In this document: positions 38,565 through 47,753 of the stretch, piece by piece
Numbering within the stretch: the stretch's first letter is position 1
How the letters are laid out: every line of letters starts with the position of its first letter
Assembly (NCBI GenBank): GCA_963817955.1
Contig: CAWFQK010000004.1
Span: 608,001-672,000 of the forward strand
Direction: 5' to 3'
Length of the DNA: 64,000 bases
Source of the DNA: an uncultured Gemmatimonadaceae bacterium
Lineage (GTDB): Bacteria; Gemmatimonadota; Gemmatimonadetes; Gemmatimonadales; Gemmatimonadaceae
Notes under the pieces: generated by a model
The model's database searches: none
Seen by the model: the letters and a program-made list of their open reading frames with translations, nothing else
Told to the model about the DNA's origin: nothing
Position numbers and translations under genes: made by a program

Positions 38565-39878
38565 CGCATCACCGACGATCGGCGAGACCATCGGCCGGAA
38601 CTGTTCCGTTTCGGTCGATCCGGCCAGAGCGGCCGTGGACGCGAGGCCGCCGGTGATCGTGGTCAGGATGGAATCGAAGTAGCCGGCCCCCGCCTCACGT
38701 TGATGTTTCGTGGCGGTGTAGCCAACCGATTCACTCGCGAACTCCTGAGCCTGCATGCGGACGTATGCCGGCATGCCCTCGGCGACGTATGCTTTGGCAA
38801 GCTCGAACGTGTAGAGGTTGATGAGATGCCAACCGGCGAGCGTGATGAACTGGAACGCATATCCCATTGCCGCCAGCTCGCGCTGGAACTTGGCAATCGT
38901 GGCCGCGTCGAGATTGTGCTCCCAGTTGAACGACGGCGAGCAGTTGTAGGCGAGCGCCTTATTTGGATATTCGGCGTGAATACCCTCGGCGAACGACTTC
39001 GCTTCGGCCAGGTCGGGAGTAGCAGTCTCGCACCACACGACATCGGCGTATCTGGCGTACGCACGTCCGCGCGCCACGGCCGACCGCATCCCGCCCTTCA
39101 CACGATAGTATCCCTCGGGCGTCCGGTCGCGGGAAATGAACTCGCGGTCGCGCTCGTCAGCGTCGCTCATCAGCAGCGTCGCGCCCAGCGCATCCGTGCG
39201 CGCAATGATCACCGTCGGTATGTCGAGCACGTCGGCAGCCAGGCGGGCCCCGGCCAGCGTACGCTCGAACTGCGCAGTGGGCACAAGCACCTTGCCGCCC
39301 ATGTGTCCGCACTTTTTTTCCGATGCGAGCTGGTCTTCGAAGTGCACGCCCGCGGCGCCGGCCTCGATCATCGATTTCATCAACTCGAACGCGTGCAGCG
39401 GACCACCGAACCCCGCTTCGGCGTCGGCCACGATCGGCACGAGCCAATCGCGATCACCTTTTCCCTCGCTCCACTCCACCTGATCGGCTCGCAACAAGGC
39501 ATTGTTCAACCGGCGAACGAGCGCGGGCACCGAGTTACTCGGGTACAAGCTCTGATCCGGGTAGGTGTGTCCCGCCAGGTTGGCGTCGGCGGCAACCTGC
39601 CACCCGCTCAGGTAGATCGCCTGCAGGCCGGCGCGAACCATCTGGACGGCCTGCGCGCCGGTCATCGCGCCAAACGTCCGAACACTGGATCCAGAGTTGA
39701 GTAGTTCCCACAACCGATCGGCACCGAGGCGCGCGAGTGTATGCTCGATGCGCACCGAGCCGCGCAATCGCACTACCTCGTCGGCTGAATAGCCACGGCT
39801 GATGCCATTCCACCGCGGATCGTTCGCCCATTCACGGTCGATCGCACGACCTTCGTCATTCGCTCGCGTCACGTCCAT
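38505..39878 (-). CDS. aceA: Isocitrate lyase
   Basis: [52 protein letters not shown]. Confidence 0.97.
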   Translation of the reverse strand: MDVTRANDEGRAIDREWANDPRWNGISRGYSADEVVRLRGSVRIEHTLARLGADRLWELLNSGSSVRTFGAMTGAQAVQMVRAGLQAIYLSGWQVAADANLAGHTYPDQSLYPSNSVPALVRRLNNALLRADQVEWSEGKGDRDWLVPIVADAEAGFGGPLHAFELMKSMIEAGAAGVHFEDQLASEKKCGHMGGKVLVPTAQFERTLAGARLAADVLDIPTVIIARTDALGATLLMSDADERDREFISRDRTPEGYYRVKGGMRSAVARGRAYARYADVVWCETATPDLAEAKSFAEGIHAEYPNKALAYNCSPSFNWEHNLDAATIAKFQRELAAMGYAFQFITLAGWHLINLYTFELAKAYVAEGMPAYVRMQAQEFASESVGYTATKHQREAGAGYFDSILTTITGGLASTAALAGSTETEQFRPMVSPIVGDALGVQDEVQVRPHPMPERRV

Positions 39879-39900
39879 CGCGTGTCCTCCGCTGGAGCGG

Positions 39901-41502
39901 CTAGTGGTTGTCGCGGTCGTTCAATAATCGGTATCCCGGTATGGTGAGGAATTCCTGGAATTCTCCGAGCACGAGGAGATCGAGCAAGGCCGACGCGTCG
40001 TCCCACCGTGCCCCCTCGCGGCCGTCGGCCTTCAGGGAATGGATGACACGATCGCGAATTTCCTTGTACCCCTGCGCACTCATCGTGCCGTCATCGGCGA
40101 TCGGCGATTCGTGCTGCACCCACTGCCAGAGCTGCGAGCGCGAGATCTCGGCCGTGGCGGCATCTTCCATGAGATTGTGGATCGCCACCGCGCCCTGTCC
40201 ACGGAGCCATGACTCGATGTATTGCAGGGCGACATCGACATTTGTTTCGATACCGGTGAGCGTCACGGCACCGTTCGCGATGGCAAAGTCGGTCAGCTGC
40301 GACGCGTCCACTTTCACATCATCGCGCAGGCGCTCCTTCTGATGCGGCTTGCTGCCGAGGACGCGGTCGAACACCTCGCGCGCCACGGGAACGAGGTCGG
40401 GGTGAGCGACCCAGGTGCCATCGAAGCCATCACCTGACTCGCGCTCTTTGTCCTCGCGTACCTTCGCCAGCGCACGCTCGGTGACGTCGGGGTCCTTCCG
40501 GCTTGGAATGAATGCCGCCATGCCGCCAATGGCATGCGCGCCGCGCCGGTGACAGGTCTTGACGAGCAATTGCGTATAGCTGCGCATGAAGGGCACCGTC
40601 ATCGTGAGCTGCGCGCGATCGGGCAGCACGCAGTCGGCGCGATGCCGGAAGGTCTTGATGACGCTGAAGAGATAATCCCAGCGGCCGGCGTTCAGGCCCG
40701 CGGAGTGCTCGCGCAACTCGTACAGGATCTCATCCATCTCGAAGGCAGCAAGGATCGTCTCGATCAGGACCGTGGCGCGCACGCTGCCGCGCGGGAGACC
40801 CAGCGAATCTTGCGCGAAGTTGAACACATCGTTCCAGAGCCGCGCTTCGAGGTGGCTCTCCATCTTCGGCAGATAGAAATACGGGCCGGTACCGCGGGCA
40901 AGCAGCTCACGCGCATTGTGGAAGAAATAGAGGCCGAAGTCGAACAGGCTGGCCGACACCGGAGCCCCGTCGACGATCAGGTGCGATTCCGTGAGATGCC
41001 AGCCGCGCGGACGGACGACGAGTGTCGCAATCTCCTGGTTCAGCCGATACGACTTGCCTTCCGGCGAGTCGAGCGACAGTTCCCGTCGTACGGCGTCCAT
41101 GAGGTTTGACTGACCGTCGACGACGTTCTCCCAGGTCGGCGACAACGCGTCCTCCAGGTCTGCCATGAAGACCTTCGCACCGGAATTGAGGGCGTTGATC
41201 ATCATCTTGCGGTCGACGGGCCCGGTGATCTCGACGCGTCGGTCATTGAGATCGGGTGGCGCTGGCGCAACGCGCCACCCGCCTTCGCGCACTACGGCCG
41301 TATCGGCTAGAAAATCCAATCGTTCGCCGCCACGGATTCGCACGCGTCTCTCGGCACGGCGCGCAAGGTTTGCTTCGCGCCTCGGGCCGAATTCGCGCTG
41401 CAGCCGCGCCACGAATTCAATGGCGTCAGACGTGAGGACACGCGCCGACTCACGGGTCGGCGCGGCAGCGATCGTAACGTCGTCGGCCGCGTGAATGGTC
41501 AT
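39901..41502 (-). CDS. aceB: Malate synthase A
   Basis: [58 protein letters not shown]. Confidence 0.97.
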   Translation of the reverse strand: MTIHAADDVTIAAAPTRESARVLTSDAIEFVARLQREFGPRREANLARRAERRVRIRGGERLDFLADTAVVREGGWRVAPAPPDLNDRRVEITGPVDRKMMINALNSGAKVFMADLEDALSPTWENVVDGQSNLMDAVRRELSLDSPEGKSYRLNQEIATLVVRPRGWHLTESHLIVDGAPVSASLFDFGLYFFHNARELLARGTGPYFYLPKMESHLEARLWNDVFNFAQDSLGLPRGSVRATVLIETILAAFEMDEILYELREHSAGLNAGRWDYLFSVIKTFRHRADCVLPDRAQLTMTVPFMRSYTQLLVKTCHRRGAHAIGGMAAFIPSRKDPDVTERALAKVREDKERESGDGFDGTWVAHPDLVPVAREVFDRVLGSKPHQKERLRDDVKVDASQLTDFAIANGAVTLTGIETNVDVALQYIESWLRGQGAVAIHNLMEDAATAEISRSQLWQWVQHESPIADDGTMSAQGYKEIRDRVIHSLKADGREGARWDDASALLDLLVLGEFQEFLTIPGYRLLNDRDNH

Positions 41503-41751
41503 CGAAGGCTCCGATTGTGAGGGGAATCGATGGAGCCTCGAGCTAAATATATGCCAACGATTAGGACTATTTACCGACGACAGGTGAGCCCGTTCGACCT
41601 ATATTACGCCACCCTGCGCCGTGGGGGGGGCGGGGAGGGCAGCACCGGAGAAGTCAGGAGCGCCGAGTGGGCACGAAGCTCCACGTTCGGCCGCCACATG
41701 CGACGGGCGATTCAAACGAAATCGTCCACGCTACCACCAGGAGGACGGAAG

Positions 41752-43146
41752 ATGAAGTTTCACCGTGCTACACGGGTGTTGCTCGCGTCTGCGGTTCTCG
41801 CCATACCAGCCAGTGTATCGGCCCAGGCATTCGGGCTGAACGAAATTGGCTCCTGCGCGATCGCCCGGGGATTCGCCACGACGGCGTCCCCATGTAAGGA
41901 TGCCTCTACCATTTATTGGAATTCGGCGGCCGCAACGCGGCTCACCGGTTGGAACGTGACCGCCGGCGTCGCGTCGATCGCCGTCAAGGGCGACTTCCTG
42001 CAGGACACGACAGGGCGGAGTTGGGATACCGAAATTCCCACGGCGTACGTCCCGCACGTATTCGTCAACTATCATGCGCCCTCGAGCAGGGCCGCGTGGG
42101 GTCTGGGGTTTTACGTCCCCTATGGCTTGACGTCCCAATGGGGCTCGGATTTCCCTGGCCGATTCTCGGCGATGAAGGCTTCACTGAAGACCTTCTATAT
42201 ACAGCCGAACATCGCGTGGCAGCTCACACCGAAGTGGTCCATCGGCGGCGGGCCGATCGTTGGCCACTCAACTGTAGAGCTGATTCAGGGCATCGATCTG
42301 TCGACGCAGATTGCAGCGCCGAATACGACATTCGGCCAGCTCGGCATCGCGACCGGTACCGAGTTCGCCCGCGCCACATTGAAAGGCAGCGCCACGGGAT
42401 ACGGCGCGCAGGTCGCAATCGTCGGCCAACCGACGCCTGAATGGAGCATCGGCGCACGATACCTGTCGCCAATCACGTTCAAGTACGACAACGCCGACGC
42501 CACCTTCCAACAGATTCCTACGAATCTGGTCCTCGGCGGCTCGCTACAGCCGCCGTTAACGGTGGGCACACCGGTCGATCTGCTAGTGGCGGGCCAGTTT
42601 GCCGCTGGCGGCGCACTGGTCGCCCAGAAAGCGTCGACGACGATCACGCATCCGGCACAGTTTCAGGCGGGCGTCGCCTACTCAGGGTACCGGAACTGGC
42701 TGCTCGAGGGTGACTACGCTTGGGTTGGCTGGAACAGATTCAACACATTGCCGGTGCGGTTCGCCGGTCCGGCCAGCAGCTCGAATAGAGACCTGATCGA
42801 GGCCTACAACAACTCATCAGCCATCCGTCTGGGCGTCGAGTACACCATTCCCACGGACGGATGGAAGCTGCGCGCCGGCTTCGCCGGTGTGTCCAGCGCT
42901 GCCCCGGCGGAAACCGTGACGCCGCTCCTTCCCGAGCAGGACCGTAATTACGCGTCGTTCGGCGCAGGCATTCCGATCATGCACACGTGGACGCTCGATG
43001 CGACGTATTCGCACGTGTACACGCCGGGCGCCCGGGGCCGCATTGTAGAGCGCACGAGCCTCACGCAGACTGCGGCACAATTGAATACCGGCGTATACAC
43101 ACTGGCGGCGAATATTTTCTCGCTGACACTCAAGGCCAACTTCTAA
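41752..43146 (+). CDS. OmpP1/FadL-family outer-membrane transporter
   Basis: AGGAGG RBS; signal peptide; hatch motif DASTIYWNSA; YVPYGL; C-terminal Phe. Confidence 0.88.
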   Translation: MKFHRATRVLLASAVLAIPASVSAQAFGLNEIGSCAIARGFATTASPCKDASTIYWNSAAATRLTGWNVTAGVASIAVKGDFLQDTTGRSWDTEIPTAYVPHVFVNYHAPSSRAAWGLGFYVPYGLTSQWGSDFPGRFSAMKASLKTFYIQPNIAWQLTPKWSIGGGPIVGHSTVELIQGIDLSTQIAAPNTTFGQLGIATGTEFARATLKGSATGYGAQVAIVGQPTPEWSIGARYLSPITFKYDNADATFQQIPTNLVLGGSLQPPLTVGTPVDLLVAGQFAAGGALVAQKASTTITHPAQFQAGVAYSGYRNWLLEGDYAWVGWNRFNTLPVRFAGPASSSNRDLIEAYNNSSAIRLGVEYTIPTDGWKLRAGFAGVSSAAPAETVTPLLPEQDRNYASFGAGIPIMHTWTLDATYSHVYTPGARGRIVERTSLTQTAAQLNTGVYTLAANIFSLTLKANF

Positions 43147-43165
43147 CCGCCCAGGAGAATCTCGG

Positions 43166-44416
43166 ATGTCTCGCACGCAAGCAGTGCTTCGCGGCGCCCT
43201 CCTGACGGGCGCAGCCGCCGTGATGGTCGCATGTGGTGAGGCTGGGACTGTCGTCAACCCGCCCGTAAACAACGCGATCTTCCAGAGCTACGTCGCACTC
43301 GGAAACAGCATTACAGCCGGTTACCAATCGGGCGGCATCAACGATTCCACCCAGAAGCTGGCCTATCCGGTGCTGCTGGCGCACCAGATGGGGACGCGGT
43401 TCGCATACCCATCGCTCAGCATGCCAGGGTGCGCTCCGCCGGTCAACAACTTTCTGGCCGGCACGCGCGTGACGCTCTCTGGGCAGCCGGCCTCGACCGC
43501 CCTCACCTGCGGGCCCGTCGGGGGTGCTCCGCGCAACCTGGCATCGGTGTCGGCGACGATCAACAACGTCGCTGTACCGGGCATCGCCACGGCCGATCCG
43601 TTCGCATCGGGGGCAACTGCGCCGAACAACAACGCGCTCATGCAGTTGTTCCTGGGCGGCGAAACGATGGACCGGAAGGCGCTCGACAATCAGCCAACGT
43701 TCGCGACGGTGTGGGTGGGGAATAACGACATCCTGGCACCGGCGCTCAACGGATTCCCGTCCACGGCGACGCCCGTGGCGACGTTCACGGCCAACTACGC
43801 CAAGATGATGAACGAGCTGATCGCGGGCGCACCGGGCCTCAAGGGTGTGCTGATCGGAGTGGTTCAGGTGGCGGCCGCCCCGTTGATGTTCCAGGCGGCG
43901 CTGATCCGGAGTCCTGCAATAGCAGCCGCAGCAGCTTCGGTGGCTGGGCGGGCGGTAACGCTGGATCCGAACACCTGCACGGCGGGGGTTGGAGATAACG
44001 CGCTAATCAACTTCCAAGCGTTGGCGGCAATCAAGTCGCGTCCGTTGGCACAGCCGGGCACGATCTACTGTTTCCCGGTACTCGGGGGCGGTGCCACCGA
44101 TCCGGGCGATGCCGGCATCCTCGACATCACCGAGCAGGCTACCGTGACCGCGCTGATCAACGGGTATAATGCCTATATCAAGGCAAAGGCAGACAGCATC
44201 GGATTCGGCTACTATGATCCGAACCCCCTCCTGGCGTCCCTCAAGGCCAACGGATCAGTCCCGGCATTTCCGAACCTGACGAGCGCTCAGCCGTTCGGGA
44301 TCTACTTCTCGCTGGACGGTGTCCACCCAACTGGGGCAGCACACCTGCTGATCGCGAACGACTTGATCACGTTGATCAACGGCAAGTTCGGCACGAGCCT
44401 CACGCCGGCGCAGTAA
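43166..44416 (+). CDS. SGNH/GDSL hydrolase lipoprotein
   Basis: Lipobox MVA-C; YVALGNSITAG, WVGNND, DGVHP. Confidence 0.85.
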   Translation: MSRTQAVLRGALLTGAAAVMVACGEAGTVVNPPVNNAIFQSYVALGNSITAGYQSGGINDSTQKLAYPVLLAHQMGTRFAYPSLSMPGCAPPVNNFLAGTRVTLSGQPASTALTCGPVGGAPRNLASVSATINNVAVPGIATADPFASGATAPNNNALMQLFLGGETMDRKALDNQPTFATVWVGNNDILAPALNGFPSTATPVATFTANYAKMMNELIAGAPGLKGVLIGVVQVAAAPLMFQAALIRSPAIAAAAASVAGRAVTLDPNTCTAGVGDNALINFQALAAIKSRPLAQPGTIYCFPVLGGGATDPGDAGILDITEQATVTALINGYNAYIKAKADSIGFGYYDPNPLLASLKANGSVPAFPNLTSAQPFGIYFSLDGVHPTGAAHLLIANDLITLINGKFGTSLTPAQ

Positions 44417-44431
44417 CAGTAGTTCCGCGAT

Positions 44432-44476
44432 GAATAAGGAAGGGGGCGGGCCTCGAGGCCGCCCCCTTCCTTATTC
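44432..44476. terminator. Long hairpin (terminator) after the SGNH gene
   Basis: GAATAAGGAAGGGGGCGG ... CCGCCCCCTTCCTTATTC perfect 18-bp arms. Confidence 0.7.
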
Positions 44477-44534
44477 GTGGGTCCGTGAAATGAGTGGGCG
44501 AATTGATGGGTTCCCTGGGGCCACAGAACAGCTT

Positions 44535-44792
44535 TTAACGCAGAGGTCGCAGAGAACTGCAGGAGAACTACAGAGAACTGCAGAGGAACACCGACCAAAT
44601 CTTATCCGGATGTCTTGGATGATGCCTTCGTGACGCTGGGTCCCGAAGCTGAGAGCTGAGATCAGCTGAGAGATGGGATCAAGAGATGGGATCATCCGAC
44701 TGGTGCATCGACTCTCGCGTTCCACCTCTACGCGCTTCTCTCTTGCAGTTCTCTTGCTGTTCTCTTGCTGTTCTCTGTGTCCTCTGCGTTAA
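44535..44792. repeat. Non-coding element with long imperfect terminal inverted repeats (MITE/REP-like)
   Basis: Left TTAACGCAGAGGTCGCAGAGAACTGCA...; right (rc) TTAACGCAGAGGACACAGAGAACAGCA...; internal GAGAAC(T/A)GCA, GCTGAGA and AGAGATGGGATCA repeats. Confidence 0.7.
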
Positions 44793-45020
44793 GAAGTATG
44801 ACGTCCTGTCCTCGAGACGTCGGGAGTGGCGGGGTGACCTCGATGAGCCGAAGACCGAAGATGAAAGTCTCATTGAACACGCCATCGTATCAATTGTGAT
44901 ATCGCTACAATATGGTTTGGTGCAACAACATAGGCATTCTGATGTGACGAACGATATCACATGATTCTCCACACGGGCCCCATGCGTCACAGAAGGTCGG
45001 AATTCACCCAGATCGCGCCA

Positions 45021-45998
45021 ATGCCTAGCTACGAAACCGTCTTCACCCGCCAGGTCGGTATCGAAATTCCGATCATCTGCGGGGCGATGTACCCGTGCAC
45101 CAACCCGGAACTCGTGGCTGCCGTGTCCGACGCCGGGGCGATTGGAGTGGTGCAGCCGGTGTCGATGACCTACGTCTATGGCCACGATTTCAGGGAAGGA
45201 CTGCGTCTCATCAAGGAGCGCACCTCCCGCCCTTTTGGCATGAACGCTCTCATTGAGCAGTCGTCCAGGATCTACCGCGAGCGACTCGAACGGTGGGTCG
45301 ACGTCGCGCTCGAGGAGGGCGTCCGGTTCTTCGTGACCTCCCTCGGCAACCCCAAATGGGTGGTCGACAAGACCGCCCAGGTTGGCGGAATCGTCTACCA
45401 TGACGTCACCGAATCCAAGTGGGCTCGAAAGGCAATCGATGGTGGCGTGCATGGCCTGATCGCCGTGAACAACGTTGCGGGCGGCCACGCTGGACGGATG
45501 TCCCCTGAGGCACTCTACAAGGACCTGGCACCCCTCGGGCTGCCGATCATCTGCGCTGGCGGCGTTGGCGACCCGGCGACCTTTCGCCGGATGATGGACC
45601 TGGGATATGCCGGTGTTCAGATGGGCACGAGGTTCATCGCCACCACCGAATGCCAGGCCCACGCCGATTACAAGCAGGCGATCATAGATGCCGACCCCGA
45701 GGACATCGTCCTCACCGAGCGTCTCTCTGGAGTGCCTGTAGCGGTCATCAACAACGCCTACATCCGCCGCCTGGGAACCCGCGCCGGGCCGATCGCCCGG
45801 TACATGCTTCGGCACCGGAAGATGAAGTACTGGATGCGATCCATCTACGCGCTTCGGTCCATGCGACGTCTCAAAAAGAACGCCCTGAGCGCGACCGGAG
45901 CCGACGAATACTGGCAGGCAGGCAAGAGCGTGGCTGGCATCCACTCTGTGCAGTCCGCCCGCCAGGTGGTACAGGAGTTCGCGGCGGCGTTGGGGTGA
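45021..45998 (+). CDS. Nitronate monooxygenase / FabK-like flavoenzyme
   Basis: PIICGAM, AVSDAGAIG, AGGHAG, ICAGGVG, GVQMGTRFIATTEC. Confidence 0.88.
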   Translation: MPSYETVFTRQVGIEIPIICGAMYPCTNPELVAAVSDAGAIGVVQPVSMTYVYGHDFREGLRLIKERTSRPFGMNALIEQSSRIYRERLERWVDVALEEGVRFFVTSLGNPKWVVDKTAQVGGIVYHDVTESKWARKAIDGGVHGLIAVNNVAGGHAGRMSPEALYKDLAPLGLPIICAGGVGDPATFRRMMDLGYAGVQMGTRFIATTECQAHADYKQAIIDADPEDIVLTERLSGVPVAVINNAYIRRLGTRAGPIARYMLRHRKMKYWMRSIYALRSMRRLKKNALSATGADEYWQAGKSVAGIHSVQSARQVVQEFAAALG

Positions 45999-46023
45999 GG
46001 GGGGAATCCCGCGCCCCTCGCCA

Positions 46024-46788
46024 TCACCCCAGCAGCAAGAACGCGTCGTACAACGCGTGGGTCCAAGCGGTGATGCCAAACCCACGCGTCAGATACAACG
46101 CGCTGAACGCCACGCCGCTCAGCATTCGGAACACGAACGACTGGACCTGAAACTGGTCGCCGAACGGCCCGATGTAATGAAATGCCGAGAAGATGAAGGC
46201 ACCTACGATGGTCGCCAGGACCCCTGCCCCGCGGCGGCCGAATCCCAGCACGATGCGCGCTCCGGCCGCGAGCCCGGTTACGAGCAGCACGCGGAAGAAT
46301 AACTCCTCGTACAGTCCCGCCCCCAGAGAGAGCATGAGGCGAGTCGTCCAACTCGTCTGCTCCACCGGGCCGAGGCTGAGCGCGTGAAGCGACCCGAGGA
46401 GCTTGGCCGTGGTGACACCAACGACGATTCCGAACACGCCGGCCAGAATCGCCGATTCCGCAAGCATGGCGGCAAAGACCCACGGCCGCACGCCAGCGCG
46501 GCTGGTGCGCATGTCGCGCACGACCAAGCCAACGGCGAGAAGGATGATCGCCGCCATGAAGATCGCGGACCCATGGTTGCCGGCGACGGCGATGAAGGCG
46601 CTTCGCAGAATGACGTCGGCGCCATTGCGGACCTCGCCGCGCCCAGGCCGGGCGAGGAGTGACGCCAGCGCCTCGTATCCAACGAGCAGCGGGAGCGCGA
46701 ACAGAATGCTATAGCGATGCGATCGGCTCGCGGCAAAATACGAATCGCGGCGGACGGGCACGGCGGAACGAACGGCTGTGGCGGCCAT
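46024..46788 (-). CDS. CPBP-family intramembrane glutamic endopeptidase
   Basis: YEELFFR, FSAFH, HALYD motifs in a multi-TM protein. Confidence 0.88.
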   Translation of the reverse strand: MAATAVRSAVPVRRDSYFAASRSHRYSILFALPLLVGYEALASLLARPGRGEVRNGADVILRSAFIAVAGNHGSAIFMAAIILLAVGLVVRDMRTSRAGVRPWVFAAMLAESAILAGVFGIVVGVTTAKLLGSLHALSLGPVEQTSWTTRLMLSLGAGLYEELFFRVLLVTGLAAGARIVLGFGRRGAGVLATIVGAFIFSAFHYIGPFGDQFQVQSFVFRMLSGVAFSALYLTRGFGITAWTHALYDAFLLLG

Positions 46789-46862
46789 GGTAGTTCTTAC
46801 GCCAGTGTGCGTCGAAAAGTTCTGGCTGAGGCAGACCGAGGGAGCGCCGCGCCTGAAAATGG

Positions 46863-46891
46863 TTGCGGAACCCGTGCACGAAAGGTAGGGT
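46863..46891 (+). promoter_or_regulatory. Putative sigma70 promoter of a small transcript
   Basis: TTGCGG (46863-68) - 17 nt - TAGGGT (46886-91). Confidence 0.5.
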
Positions 46892-46896
46892 AAGAA

Positions 46897-47104
46897 TGTG
46901 CGTCGCGAAGGTCGCGACCCGAAGTCATGTCGAACCCGAAACCCAGGAGGTGATCCATTGTCTAACGGAACTCGCAACGGCAGGATCGCCGGAAGTCGCT
47001 AAGCCTGCTCGCCTGAGCTTGGCCAACCGGAAGCCTGCTAGTTCCGGTAAAAAGAAACTGAAGAGGGCGGTCGTGGCGATGCCACGGCCGCCCTCACCGT
47101 TTTC
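46897..47104 (+). ncRNA. Putative ~200-nt small RNA / micro-ORF transcript with extended Shine-Dalgarno
   Basis: Promoter, 5' hairpin GTCGCGA-AGG-TCGCGAC, AGGAGGTGATCCA at 46945-46957, 14-codon ORF 46958-47002, hairpin 47026-47048, terminator hairpin 47063-47095. Confidence 0.5.
47063..47104. terminator. GC-rich hairpin between the small transcript and the convergent dut
   Basis: GAGGGCGGTCGTGGC-GAT-GCCACGGCCGCCCTC followed by ACCGTTTT. Confidence 0.7.
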
Positions 47105-47117
47105 CGCCGCCCAGCCG

Positions 47118-47648
47118 TCAGTGTCCTGTACTACCGAACCCGCCGACGCGGGTCGTGGTGACCCCTACCCTACCCGACTCGATTGGCAGCACCTCATAGC
47201 GCGCGAGCACCATCTGCGCGATGCGCTCGCCGTGGACGATCTGGACGGCGTGTCCGGTGGAATTCCCCAGGATGACCATCCACTCGTCGGGATAGTCCGA
47301 ATCGATCGTTCCGGGCGCGTTGGGAATCTGGAGTCCTTTCTTGAAGCTGGTACCGCTGCGCGGCCGGATCTGCGCCTCCACCCCCTCCGGCAGGCGCGCC
47401 TTGAATCCGAGCGGAATCAGCGCGCGAACGCCATGCTCGAGAACGAACCGCGTGGCGTCGCCTTCCAGGACCGGAGCCGCGTCCCAGGTCCGTTGGCCAT
47501 CCGTACATTTCACCGACCGGCCGCTGAGATACGCACACAGATCGTAGCCGGCGGAACCGGGCGTGGCACGTGTGGGCGGCTGGGCATCGTCGTGGAGTAG
47601 CTCCACGATCAGAGCGGGGCTGCCGGCAGTAGGAGCGGATATGGTCAC
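47118..47648 (-). CDS. dut: dUTP diphosphatase
   Basis: SAGYDL, IRPRSG, NAPGTIDSDY, GERIAQ, RVGGFGSTG. Confidence 0.95.
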   Translation of the reverse strand: MTISAPTAGSPALIVELLHDDAQPPTRATPGSAGYDLCAYLSGRSVKCTDGQRTWDAAPVLEGDATRFVLEHGVRALIPLGFKARLPEGVEAQIRPRSGTSFKKGLQIPNAPGTIDSDYPDEWMVILGNSTGHAVQIVHGERIAQMVLARYEVLPIESGRVGVTTTRVGGFGSTGH

Positions 47649-47753
47649 AAGGATGAGGCTGGGGTCAAAGGGTCACGCAAGATGCACGTCGAACCGCCAC
47701 TGAGGTAGGCCGGCGCTCTTGCCGGACTTTGATAGAGGGACGTAGCCTTGGTC

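Noticed and set aside
44895..44961. TGTGATATCG/CGATATCACA inverted pair as a CRP/FNR site
   Set aside because: Spacing does not fit TGTGA-N6-TCACA; no regulator can be assigned.
46945..46957. 16S rRNA gene fragment, 6S RNA or tmRNA
   Set aside because: The match to 16S stops after 13 nt, and I see no tRNA-like ends or 6S-type long duplex; kept as an unexplained small transcript.
46863..47600. 245-aa plus-strand ORF
   Set aside because: Mostly antisense to dut and runs through a terminator hairpin.
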